A stretch of 54,143 bases of DNA from a virus. Taxonomy: Duplodnaviria; Caudoviricetes. Below the pieces are notes generated by a model. It was not told the DNA's origin, did no database searches, and worked only from the letters and a program-made list of their open reading frames with translations. Within the stretch, counting starts at the first letter, position 1, and each line of letters opens with the position of its first letter. This document shows, one piece after another, positions 27,952-38,600 of this stretch. The translations under genes and the position numbers were made by a program. Location of the stretch: positions 1 through 54,143 of the IMG/VR virus record IMGVR_UViG_3300048590_000145; one strand, 5' to 3'.

Positions 27952-28301
27952 GTCGCTGTCCGGGTCACATCAGGATGAATCCGCAGTTCACCGTAGGCCA
28001 GTGTGGTGACCGGATCGGATCCGTCAGACTCCGCCAGCTGCACATCCCAGAAGCCAGTGAACTTGCCACGACGGGCAAGCCGTTGACAGTCTGCATGCAG
28101 CAGGATGACATCGGCGCCCCAGGTCTCTTCAACGATGTCGAACTCTGCTTCGAGTTTCTGACTGTCAGGGCGGGAGCGTACTTGGGCCCTCCACGTTCTG
28201 CCGGCCACGATCGCGGAGTCCACTTGGATGTGCAGCGTGAGAGTGTCACCGGCATAGTGATCGATGTTGATTACCTGTGGCCGGGTGTCGATGTTGGGCA
28301 T
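27948..28301 (-). CDS. Tail fibre adaptor-like protein, 117 aa
   Basis: AGDTL...WRAQVR...WDVQL...TL..G....DVT pattern. Confidence 0.65.
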   Translation of the reverse strand: MPNIDTRPQVINIDHYAGDTLTLHIQVDSAIVAGRTWRAQVRSRPDSQKLEAEFDIVEETWGADVILLHADCQRLARRGKFTGFWDVQLAESDGSDPVTTLAYGELRIHPDVTRTAT

Positions 28302-28309
28302 GGGTCACC

Positions 28310-29002
28310 TCACGCGATCACGAGATAGAGAACGTTCGGGTCTTTGACGGGGATCGCATCGTACTGGGCCTGCGTTCCCTTCCAGAACGGGAAGCCGACA
28401 GACTCGAACCAGCCCCGCAATTCGTTCGCGTAGTTCGCGGAGGTCTGTGCAGAGGCTTCCGCCGTATCTGCAATCGCCTGCATCGCTGAACGCATGTCGG
28501 TGATCTCGACGCGGAAGTCATCGATGAGCTCCCGGACGAGCATGAACAGCCCGTCCACGCGCTCCACCGTCACCTGGACGACGTCGTGTTCTTTCAGGTA
28601 GACGGTGACATCCGTGCCCGTACCAACGTTGGTGAACGTGTTCGCCGTGTCCTCGTCCGCGTTGATGCCGACCTCGAGATGGCCTTTGAGGATCGGCACC
28701 GAATACCCGGACGGCGGATACAAAGTGATGTCGTACGAGTACGCTCCGGGGGTGAGCGCCAGGTCTTCTGCCTGGAACTCGAACTGTTGCATGTCCGGTT
28801 GATCCAGCATCGGCACGGCTGTGATGCTCAGAACTTCCAAACCACTACGGCGTACCTGCTCTGTGGCAACGAACCGCAATTCGCTGTCAGTGAGATCGAC
28901 CGGCGTTCCGTCGGATGTCCGAAGCCACACGCCGAAAGAAAACGATTTGTTCGCCTCGACAGCAATGTTCGTTTCCTGCCGGGGCGTATTCCCTATAGCC
29001 AT
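28310..29002 (-). CDS. Minor tail protein (BppU-like N-terminus, coiled coil, WKGTQAQYDA..KDPNVLY end)
   Basis: DGTPVDLT, YSYDI motifs; GGAGG SD. Confidence 0.7.
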   Translation of the reverse strand: MAIGNTPRQETNIAVEANKSFSFGVWLRTSDGTPVDLTDSELRFVATEQVRRSGLEVLSITAVPMLDQPDMQQFEFQAEDLALTPGAYSYDITLYPPSGYSVPILKGHLEVGINADEDTANTFTNVGTGTDVTVYLKEHDVVQVTVERVDGLFMLVRELIDDFRVEITDMRSAMQAIADTAEASAQTSANYANELRGWFESVGFPFWKGTQAQYDAIPVKDPNVLYLVIA

Positions 29003-29018
29003 GCAAACCTGACCTCCT

Positions 29019-29057
29019 GTTGTGGCGGGAGCAACACATGGTTACTCCCGCCACAAC
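29019..29057 (-). terminator. Stem-loop downstream of capsid genes
   Basis: 13-bp perfect stem GTTGTGGCGGGAG / CTCCCGCCACAAC. Confidence 0.6.
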
Positions 29058-29064
29058 GATCGAG

Positions 29065-29244
29065 TTACTGACCGGGAGGCATTTCCTCAGGAGGTGCTTC
29101 AGCCGGCGCGCCCTCTGGCGCTCCTGCCGCTCCACCCTCCGGGGGTGCTTCCCCGCCGCCGCCTTCGGTCGCACCTTCCAGTGCGTCGATGGCAACACCG
29201 GCCAGTTCCTGAATCTGCTTGAGCAGTTCGATGAGCTGTTCCAT
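29065..29244 (-). CDS. 59-aa protein after capsid (MEQLIELLKQIQELAG... then G/E/A/P tail), not in ORF track
   Basis: GAGG SD, 9 nt after capsid stop, ends just before hairpin. Confidence 0.75.
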   Translation of the reverse strand: MEQLIELLKQIQELAGVAIDALEGATEGGGGEAPPEGGAAGAPEGAPAEAPPEEMPPGQ

Positions 29245-29253
29245 TGGTCAGCC

Positions 29254-30621
29254 TCAGCTCCGCTCGGTGTGTGCCACGTCGCCGGTCTCCTGCACGGTGA
29301 GATCGGTGTCGATCGCACTCGTGGTGTTGTACGGAGACTGGAACCACTCGGGCCGCGACGGGTCGACATCCGGTCCGGACAGCGGGTACGTCACCGGAGC
29401 GACACCAGTCTGTGCACGGGCAGCGGCGACCTGAGCCGCAACGAAGGTGAACGAGTCGTCCACCACATCGAGGTTGTCGGTCGTGCTCGGCAGGAACAAC
29501 GGGACCACACCTTCCGAGAGTTGATCGATGACCCACACGTCGTAGGAGAAGTCCTGCACGTACTCGGTTCCCTTGAACCGGGTGCCGCCGTCCTGCTCCC
29601 GGCGCTCGCTGAAGTGTTCGTACGTCTGGATCGCGTTCTTGTACGCGGCCAGGGCGACGACCTGCTTCAACGTGCGACCGGCGGTTGCACTGGAAGCGAC
29701 CGGGTCGACGACCAGGTTGCTGTCCACGTACACCTTCGGCAGGAACTCGGGGTGGATCTTCACCAGCTTCCACGAACCCTTCAGGGTTCCGAGGTAGCCG
29801 GAGGCGTTCGCCCCGGAGATGTCGCCGTCCTTGTACAACTTGAACGCCGACTCGGTTCCGGCACCCTTGTCGATGAGCGCGTTGATGAACACGAGCTCGA
29901 GGGCACTGGTGACGAGCAGGAAGCGCTCGTTGTTCCCGAAGTTGCTGTCGAACCAGTTGTCACTGAACAGAAGCGTCAGCGCGTCGAGGGTCGACATCGG
30001 GTCGGTGTCATCCAGGTTCATGCCCTTGATGGTGGCGAAGGACGGCTGGATCTGGTTGTCACTGTCCTCGCCCGGTTCGGCAACCCACTTGTAGTCGGCC
30101 GCGTTGCCGGTGCAGGCGATCCGGTCGGCACCAGTGGTGACCGGGCCTGGCGTCTCGGTGGACAGACGGGGAACGAGCTTGCCGGTCATGTGACCCTGGA
30201 CAGCGGCGAGCAGACAATACTTGTCGTGGTCGCGCAGCACGGTGGTCTGCATCTTGCGGCCGGTGTACTCCTGCACGATGTTCTTGATCGGCGAGTAGCG
30301 CAGCTGCTCGTCGAACACCGTGAAGCCGAAGGAGCGGTGCCGGCTCATCGAGTAGGTTCGCCACTCGATCGGCGGGATCCCGTTCTTCCACTCGGAGGTG
30401 TATTCGGAACCGGAGTAGTGGTCCGCCCCGATCCGGCTGATGTCCGCGTCCACGATGTAATCGTCGACTCGGATGTCCGGCACTCGGATACTCCGAGCAT
30501 TCGGGTTCGGCTTGATCTCCGATCCGGTGAACATGCCCGCTACCGGGCTGGTGATGCGAAGGTACGTAGCCAGAGCGACCTGGTAGTCGGTCAGGCTGTC
30601 CTTCTGGACTGGTGCGACCAT
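29254..30621 (-). CDS. Major capsid protein
   Basis: 455 aa, most biased codon usage, follows portal; ARSIRVP, RHRSFGFTVFD, RFLLVT, DVWVID patterns fit HK97-fold capsids. Confidence 0.75.
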   Translation of the reverse strand: MVAPVQKDSLTDYQVALATYLRITSPVAGMFTGSEIKPNPNARSIRVPDIRVDDYIVDADISRIGADHYSGSEYTSEWKNGIPPIEWRTYSMSRHRSFGFTVFDEQLRYSPIKNIVQEYTGRKMQTTVLRDHDKYCLLAAVQGHMTGKLVPRLSTETPGPVTTGADRIACTGNAADYKWVAEPGEDSDNQIQPSFATIKGMNLDDTDPMSTLDALTLLFSDNWFDSNFGNNERFLLVTSALELVFINALIDKGAGTESAFKLYKDGDISGANASGYLGTLKGSWKLVKIHPEFLPKVYVDSNLVVDPVASSATAGRTLKQVVALAAYKNAIQTYEHFSERREQDGGTRFKGTEYVQDFSYDVWVIDQLSEGVVPLFLPSTTDNLDVVDDSFTFVAAQVAAARAQTGVAPVTYPLSGPDVDPSRPEWFQSPYNTTSAIDTDLTVQETGDVAHTERS

Positions 30622-30655
30622 GTCGCGTTCTCCCTTGTACGTCGTTGCCTGATGC

Positions 30656-32641
30656 TCAGGCGCTGGCAGGTATCACACTAGAAGAGTTTGCAACAGGAGT
30701 CGAAAACTCGTTTTCGTTTTCTACCGTCATATCCGCCGATGGTGTGATTTCCATACCTAGTTTCTTCATAATCAGTTCTTGCGATTCCCGCATCATTGCC
30801 ATTTGCTCTTGCAACATGGTCAATGCAGCCTGTGTCATCTCGGTCAATTGAGCATTACCCGTGAGGCTGGCGAGCTGGTTCTCCTCGATGACTGCGATCC
30901 TCTGATCGCGTGCATCCACGGCTTCCACGTCACCGTTCCACATCAGGCCGATGTCCTTCGCAGACGTAGAGCCGGACAGTTCGATCTGCTTACCGATGAT
31001 GTACTGCATCGCCTTAGCAGCCTGTTGCAGCATCTGTGGATCTTGTGCTGCCGCCAGAGCCGGCATCGCCTGGGACAGCGGGACGAACAACTCGTTGAGG
31101 ATCCGCAGTTGCTTCTCGTCTTCCATCTCCACCAGTGACCCGGGTACAGCCCGGACCCAGTATTCGATGGCGAGCTGCTCGAAGTCCATCTCGATCGAGC
31201 CATCGGCATCGATGAGTTCCACCGGCAATCCGGCCCGGAGCAGCTTGAGCCGGGCGTCCGCGGTCGGTTGCACCTTCTTCACGTTCTTCAGTTCCTGGAA
31301 GTACACGGTCAACGCATACGAGCAGTAGTGACTGAAGAAGGATTCGATCGCCTTCTGGTAGTTGTTGGTCGTGATGTCGACCATCGCCTGCTGCGCCTCG
31401 ACACCCTGCGGTGTGGCCGACATACCGTTCCCGGCCTGAGTCGCCATCTGCTGATCGGCTGATCCGATCAGGTTCACCATCGATCCGAGGTTCTGCTGGC
31501 TGATCGCGCCGTACTGCATCAGCGTCTGGGTGTTCACCTCGAACGGTTCGATACGCGCATTCGGGTTGCTGATCTGTGTGTACTTACCAGGGCTCAGGTT
31601 CGGCAACGCATTGACCGCGCCGTATCCCAAGATGCTCGGGTTGATGTTGCGGTACCACAGTTTCATGGCACCGTTCAGCATCAAGTCCTGGAAGTCCTGC
31701 CGCCCGATCAGCAGCTCCACCTGCGACTTGCCGAGTGGCTGCTGGCTGTCCTTCTCCAACACCAGGAAGTGCACGGGGTGGAGCTTCAACGGATGCTTGT
31801 TCTTCTCGATCCGCAGAAGATGCTTGGTGTTGGGGGAGAAGGTGAGGAAGGGCTGCCCGCTCGAGGTGTACCAGGTGATGATCTCGTAGCCCTCGGGAAT
31901 GATCCCGTGCTTGCCGGTCTGGTAGTCGACCGAGTCCTTCGACCGTCCGTACGGTGCATCCTTCAACAGCGACTTCAACGCGGCGACATCCCAGCCGACT
32001 GCTTCGTCACGGATCAACGCATGGACATCACCACGGGTCAGGTATCGCCGGACGAACACGTTGTCGGCCTGGCGTACATCCCGCGCGCCAGGATCCGGGA
32101 ACACGTCACGGTAGTGGATGGCGTCGTACTTCATGTACCAACTACCTGCAGCATCCTGTAGCAGCTGCGGGATCACCACATCGAATCCGATGGTCAGCGC
32201 GGTCTTCGCAGAGGCGAACAAGTTCTGCTGCATGTCGTTGCTGTACTCATCGGAACCGATGATCTTCGTGGTGAGGATGTGCTTGGCGAAGATCCCCTGG
32301 ATCGAATCGTCGTCGTACTTGCTCAGCACTTCCACGTTCGGCGTGTTCTGCACGAGGTTCCGCGCGATACGCCGGATCAATCCCGCCGTCTCACCGGACG
32401 AGATGTTCGGCAGGTCGGGCTTCGGGCTGATGACAGCACCGTCCGCTAGCTTCTCCAACTTGTAGTAGGAGTGCACCCGCTGATCCATCTCGGACTTGTA
32501 CCGCTGGTACATGCCGTACAGCATGTGGCCGGCGGGTCCGATGTTGCGTACGTCGAGACTGCCATCCCGCGAGTCGATCCGGTATTCGTCATACCAGTCC
32601 TCGAAGGTGGTGACAGCCTTCTCAACCGTTTCTACTGCCAC
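30656..32641 (-). CDS. Portal protein
   Basis: 661 aa; VFPDPGAR, LGKSQVELL..QD..N, SATPQG, C-terminal Q-rich coiled coil. Confidence 0.75.
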   Translation of the reverse strand: MAVETVEKAVTTFEDWYDEYRIDSRDGSLDVRNIGPAGHMLYGMYQRYKSEMDQRVHSYYKLEKLADGAVISPKPDLPNISSGETAGLIRRIARNLVQNTPNVEVLSKYDDDSIQGIFAKHILTTKIIGSDEYSNDMQQNLFASAKTALTIGFDVVIPQLLQDAAGSWYMKYDAIHYRDVFPDPGARDVRQADNVFVRRYLTRGDVHALIRDEAVGWDVAALKSLLKDAPYGRSKDSVDYQTGKHGIIPEGYEIITWYTSSGQPFLTFSPNTKHLLRIEKNKHPLKLHPVHFLVLEKDSQQPLGKSQVELLIGRQDFQDLMLNGAMKLWYRNINPSILGYGAVNALPNLSPGKYTQISNPNARIEPFEVNTQTLMQYGAISQQNLGSMVNLIGSADQQMATQAGNGMSATPQGVEAQQAMVDITTNNYQKAIESFFSHYCSYALTVYFQELKNVKKVQPTADARLKLLRAGLPVELIDADGSIEMDFEQLAIEYWVRAVPGSLVEMEDEKQLRILNELFVPLSQAMPALAAAQDPQMLQQAAKAMQYIIGKQIELSGSTSAKDIGLMWNGDVEAVDARDQRIAVIEENQLASLTGNAQLTEMTQAALTMLQEQMAMMRESQELIMKKLGMEITPSADMTVENENEFSTPVANSSSVIPASA

Positions 32642-35600
32642 TGTTTCAACCTTCCTCGCTCAGACGAGTAGCGTTCCCGTCTGACACTAGCCCTACGGAC
32701 AATCGGATTATCGGCTTTCGGCGTGTACTGCCCGTCCATCTGGGGACCGTAGCCGCCACGGATGGACCGCAGAATCTTGTCGGTGAACAGCGCGGGTCCG
32801 TTGTAACTGCTGCCGCTGTACCCTCCTCGGCTGTAGCCACCGCGACTGTAGCCGCCGTAGCCACGACGGTAACCGCCGTAGTAGCCGTTGTACTTGCTGG
32901 TCCATCCCGGCGTGGTGCGCTTTTTCTCCACCTCTTCAAGGATGTCATCCTCGGCCTCAAGGTCGTTGACGATGTACGAGGGGACTACGGCCTTCAACCC
33001 GGTGTTGGTCTGTGTCAACTCGTTCACGATGTTGCCACGGGAGTCGAGCCGTGTTCCCTGTGCCGGAGGTGCCACGGTATGTGGTGTCGGCAGGAACAAC
33101 TGCGACAACGTGTTGCGGGTGAACGGTGTGGCCCACGGCTTGCCGTCCGGCCCGATCGTGTACGTCACGTTCAACTGGGTGTACTTGGCGACAGGGATCG
33201 CAGGGATCTTGTCGTTGTACAGCATCTCGCGGAACCCGGGACGGCCGGTGACATCATCGCCGTACCAGAACCTGCGCACTCGGTACATGGCCGATTCCTC
33301 GGACATGCCCATGTCGATGCTTTCCTGCTTGATCTGCTGCAGCCACTCGACACCGATCTGCCGGCGCATCTCGTACGGGATTGCCAACCCCTGCAATGCC
33401 GGACTGTCGAAGTCGATCGTTCCGTTCCACAACCCGGTGTACACACCGTCAGCACCATCCTTGGTGATGACTTCCATGTTGTTCTTGTCCATGATGGACA
33501 GCGCGTACTTCGGGCTGTTGTACAACTTGTACAGCGTGTTGGCCCGGGCTTCGATCTCGCTCTGCTGCCACCAGCCACCGGCTTGCTCGGTCTGGTACTT
33601 CAAGCCCCGAATGATCTCTTCCTTCGTGAACCTGTCCTGCCCACCCCGGCCCTGCCACGCCGCCATGATCAGTGCCTCGGCCTCGGCCCGGTTCAGTTCC
33701 TCAGTCGGAACCAGGGGTTGCTTCGGCACCATGTTCTCGCGCCGGAACGAACTGTCGCTGCCCCACTGCCCGGTGAACAGGGACAGCAATACGGCAGCCG
33801 TGGCATTGCCTTCGGCGTACTGGTGGAAGATGGCATCCATTCCTGAACGCTTCGCGTACCGCAGCCGGTTCTCGTTGGCGATCGGTTGGCCCGTGTTCGG
33901 ATCGATCACCGGCTCCCCGGTCACGGGATCCACGATCTGATCGCCCTGGTACTGCTCCATCACTTCCTTCTGCGACACCGGGTAGCGATTGCCCCCTACT
34001 CCGATCTCAGTGACCAGCTGCCCGTTCTTCTCCGCAGGGATCGCATACGGGTTACGGTCCACATCGTCGAACGCGGAACGCAGACCGTTGATGAACTGGT
34101 TCTCGAGCAACGGCCTCTCGTACATTCCGACGAGTGTGGCGATCATCCACTGCCGGCGGTTGATCGCCTCGGGTGTTTCAATCCCCTCACTGTCCAGCGC
34201 TTCCAGATCGGACACCAGCAGCGAGGCGTTCAGGTTGGCATCCCGCCATAGGTTCTGTACCGACGTGGGGATCGCGGAGGCCGCGTCGAGGAAACCCCAT
34301 CCGATGTTGCGGATGTCACCATCCTCGAAGAACCGCACCGTACCCATGAGCGGCGAGGTGAACTGCCGGATCATCCAGTGCGGGACCACAGCCGAACGGG
34401 GTTCACCGTCGTAATCACGGGAGAAGATGGTGTTGAGGATCGGGATGCTGTCCAGCCAGATCGAATCCGCGTACAGGAAATCGTTCTGCGCCTCGCGCGG
34501 GTCGTAGAAGTGCGGAAGGTTCAAGTACCGTTCCATGCGTCGGCGACGGCGCTCCTCCTCATCCTCACCGCCCAGTCCAAGGATGTTCGCGCCCATCAGC
34601 CCGAGAGCGACCAGCCCGGTCTGGGTGATCGCACCGCGCAGGACCAGTTTCTGCAGGTCCAGCGTCTCGAGCACATCGGTGAACTCGAAGTATTCGGGCT
34701 CGATCGTTTCACCGCGACGGGCGGCAGCAGCCACCTTGCGGATCGAGTTCGGTGTCTGGCGCCCATCGAGGAACATCGCCAGCCCTTGATCCGCTGCTGT
34801 CATACCCGTCAGCGTGGTCAGCGCGTTCACGTTGAACCGTGTGAACATGAACGGGATCTTCAACATGGTTCCCACGATGGCCTTCATCGTGCTGTCCGAG
34901 GCATACAGGGAATCGATGGGCCGCATGATCATGTCGCCCAGCACCGTGCCCTTGGTGGACCGGACCTGTGCAACCTGCGCAACACCAGCACGGTGAGGGT
35001 TGAACTCCTCGCGTGAGAACTGTTTCTTCAGCCACATCGGATCGGCTTCCAGTTCCTGTGCCAGCGTCTCAAGCGAGATCGAGTTGTTCGTGGCCGCCAT
35101 GTATTCCAGTGCACCCAGGATGTATCGCTTCGCCGCCGCGGTCTTACGCTGCCCGAGCGTGGGGTCGTTGTACACCCGTGCAGTCGTGCCTGCCCACTTC
35201 TCAAGAGTTCGGGCGATCCGCCCTCCACGGGAGATCTGGCCTTCCTCATCCTCGAACTCTGTCGGGATGATCATGTTCTGGTAGGTCATCTCGCCGAACA
35301 ACTCGCCACGCCACTTCGGATCAGCTCCGAGCTGCTCAGCGATTTTCAGGATCAGTTTGATCTGTTCCGGGGTATAGGTGAGCTTGATCTGATCCAACCC
35401 GACCAACTGCCCGAACGACGATTCCTGCAGTCGGGACAACGCGCGACCACTGATTCCGACGTTCTGCCCGAGAAGGAACTCGGTAACGTTGTTCATCTGG
35501 TTGCGCATGTGAACCTCGATGATCGCCGAGGTCCACAGTGCCGGGTTCGCCAGACGGGTGATGATCGACATGTGCACGATACTGCGCAGCGCCATGTTGG

Positions 35601-38600
35601 TGTTCTGCAAGTTCTCCCGGTACTCAACACCCTGCTTGGCGTAATCCCGGTACGTCGTCTTCTTCTGCCGGCCAAGATGATTCTTCTTCAGCCAGTTCTC
35701 CCGCTGAGTGTTCCGGTAGAAGATGCTCGACGCGGGAACATCCGAGGCCACATCGCCATCGAATGCAGCTTCGTGACCCGCCATCACCTCCCAGGTCTTG
35801 TTCATCGATTCCAGGATTGCCGGCTCCCGCATCTGTATCCGGACTCCGGGATCCACCGACAGGTACAGCTCGTTGGTCTCAGGATCCTGAAGCTTCGCCA
35901 GGACCTCGGGATCAAGACTCGCAGGCATGTTCGCCAGCAACGGTGTGGAGTATTGGAACGTGTGGAAGAACCCATCAGTGTCCACACGGAACATCGCGTG
36001 GAACTGCTTGTTGGAGTTCTGCACCTGACCAAACAGCACATCCACCCATTCGGACCAGTCGTACTCGGCCTTGTACTTCTTCTTGCCATCCAGCTTCATC
36101 GGAGCCCAGGCTTTGCCATCGGTACGGCTGGCCTGCGCAAGGAAGATCTTTCGCCAGAACGTGTTCGACTCATGCGGAACATCCGCTCCGTGCAACGGAT
36201 GCCACCCGCGTCGCACGTTCTGCAACATCGACGCGACTGCCTGCCGGTACATCTCCGGTGTCACCGGGTCGATCTCTCCTTCGAGAGGAGCCGGAGCACC
36301 CAGCCACTGCCGTACGAGATAGTCAATCTCGATCATGTCCGCTGTCGGGTGCAGGCCCAGAACATCGAGCAGCTCCTTGGCCTGCCCGGTGTTGTTCCAG
36401 TTGTCCATGTCCTTCGGGTCACGCGACAACGGCTGGGTGTACCGTCCGAGTTTCTCGTCCGCCTTGTCCCAGTGCACCTGTTCCATCGGCATCAGATACT
36501 TCGCCGGGTAGTAGTCCGTGGGCGGGGGAACGATCCGTGTGATGAGATCCCACACCGTCTGATCATCACTGTTGAACCGCATGATCTGCTCGTCACCGAA
36601 CTGATCCCGCGGTTCCCGGGTGACCGTCTGCATACCTTGAGTGCTCGCCACACGCGCGTTGTGCACCGAGGCGTCGCGGGACATCACCACACCGAACGCC
36701 AAGGTGATCGGGTTCTCGTCCGCCGGCAACGGGGTTTCCAACTGCAGCAACCCGGTCTTGATGAGTTCCCGCTTCGAACCGTCAGGCAGTGTCCTGATCA
36801 ACGTCGTGTGGAACGTGAACGCATCGTCGAACCACGAGCCCGTGTGCTCCACCCCGGCATCATCGGTGTACTTCGTCAGCACGGAGTTGGCACGCTTGAT
36901 GAGCATCGAGTGCAGACCGGGCCAGGTCGGGTTGGACATGGCGTCCGTCATGACACTGGGGAGGAAGCCGACAACAGCATTCGTCACCTTGTCGTTCCTG
37001 ACCGTCAGCACACCAGGATTGGACACGACCTGGTTCGGGGAGATCCCCGCGATCGACATGGTGACCAGCAGGATCTGCCCGAGTCGTTGTTCATCGGTGA
37101 GCGTTGTGGACTGTTGATCCGAGGCGACGAGATCGACCCAGGCATCCCCGAGTTCTGCGCGGCCTTCCGCGTTCAACTGCTGCAAGTACGCGAAGGTACT
37201 CGTGGAAGAGGAAAGAATGTCGTCGGCCTCTTCCACGCTCAACGAGTTGTTCATCGCGGCGTACCTGTTGAGGAACGCTTCCAGCTCGTTCCACTTCTCC
37301 GAGAACGACCTGGTGTCATCCGGCATCAGCAGGTTGACCAGATCGGAGCGGAAGTCCACACCCGTGAAGGCGAACAAGGTCTTGAAGTCCGAGACCACGT
37401 TACGCATCCCGGCCTTGTCTTCTTGACCCTTGCGTCCGGTCATCGACCCGATGTGCACCGTGTTGTCCTTGTACACCGACAACGGGCCAACGAACTGCTC
37501 ATCCTCCGCCATCGGGACCAGCGTCGTCTTCACACCGTGCGCCAACATCTTCTGCGCCCAGCCCAGCTCGAACTTGCCGTGCAGCATCTGACCCCGGTGG
37601 TCGGGCCGGATGTCGTCGATGGTGAACGGCGGTAGCAGCGTGGCATTCGCCTCGACCGCAGGACGGGGAATGGCGACTCGCAAGCCACCGCGCTCACCAT
37701 TCAGCGGTGTGCTCCACTGTCCGACGATGTGGCCCTTGTCGAGGTTGTTCGGCAACCGGAATCCGAGACGGTGGATCAGCACCGAGCCGTCGCTGCCGAC
37801 CAGCAGGAACAAATCACCGGACAGCACGGTACGTCCCGCTGTCAGCGGATCCTGTCCAGCGGACAATGCATCGAGGAACCTGTCGAGCGCTTCCTCCGGG
37901 TCGCGGACACCCGGGGTGTACGTCCCGTTCGGGTGTTCCTTGTAGATCGGAATGCTCGAGTCGTACTCGCCCAACATGCCGAGAAGCGTGGCGCGTCCTT
38001 CAGGCTGGGCGGCGAAGTCGAGCAGCTGCTTGGCGATCTTGGTGAACTGATCCCCTACTGCTGTTGCCTGCTGGATCGGGCGACCGAACGCCAACACGTT
38101 GTCACTGGACACACCGAGCATGAGATTGGTGGGAACCAGTTGCATCGACACCCTGCGGAAGATCTCGCTGAAGTTGTCGTTGACGATCCGCGCGCCTTCG
38201 TTGATCGCCATGTCTTCGGTGATCAGGTTGACGTTGATGTTCTGGAACGCCTCCTGATGGATGGCGCTACGTGACGACGTGAGACTGGCGGCCGTTGCGT
38301 CGTACTCCCGATCCTCGGTGATCGGCTCGTAGAAGTTGCCAGACCCGTCATTCATCGAGCGGTACTTGATGGGCATCGGACCGGTCAGCATATACGTGGA
38401 CACTTCCTTGCGCAGATCACTGGCACTGCGTGACGAGCCGAGCATGATGATGACGCCTTCACGCGCGAATGCGTCAACGATCTTGATAGCCCGGGTGGCC
38501 GCTGTGACTTCGTCATATCCGTGCCAGCTGAGAATGCTTTCCAGATCGATGATGACCACATCGCCGTACGACGGTTTGGTCGACGCATTCTGGAAGAAGT

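Noticed and set aside
28887-29773. Alternative-frame ORFs overlapping capsid 3' end, possible frameshifted capsid extension
   Set aside because: No clear slippery site seen; the downstream 59-aa ORF has its own SD and start
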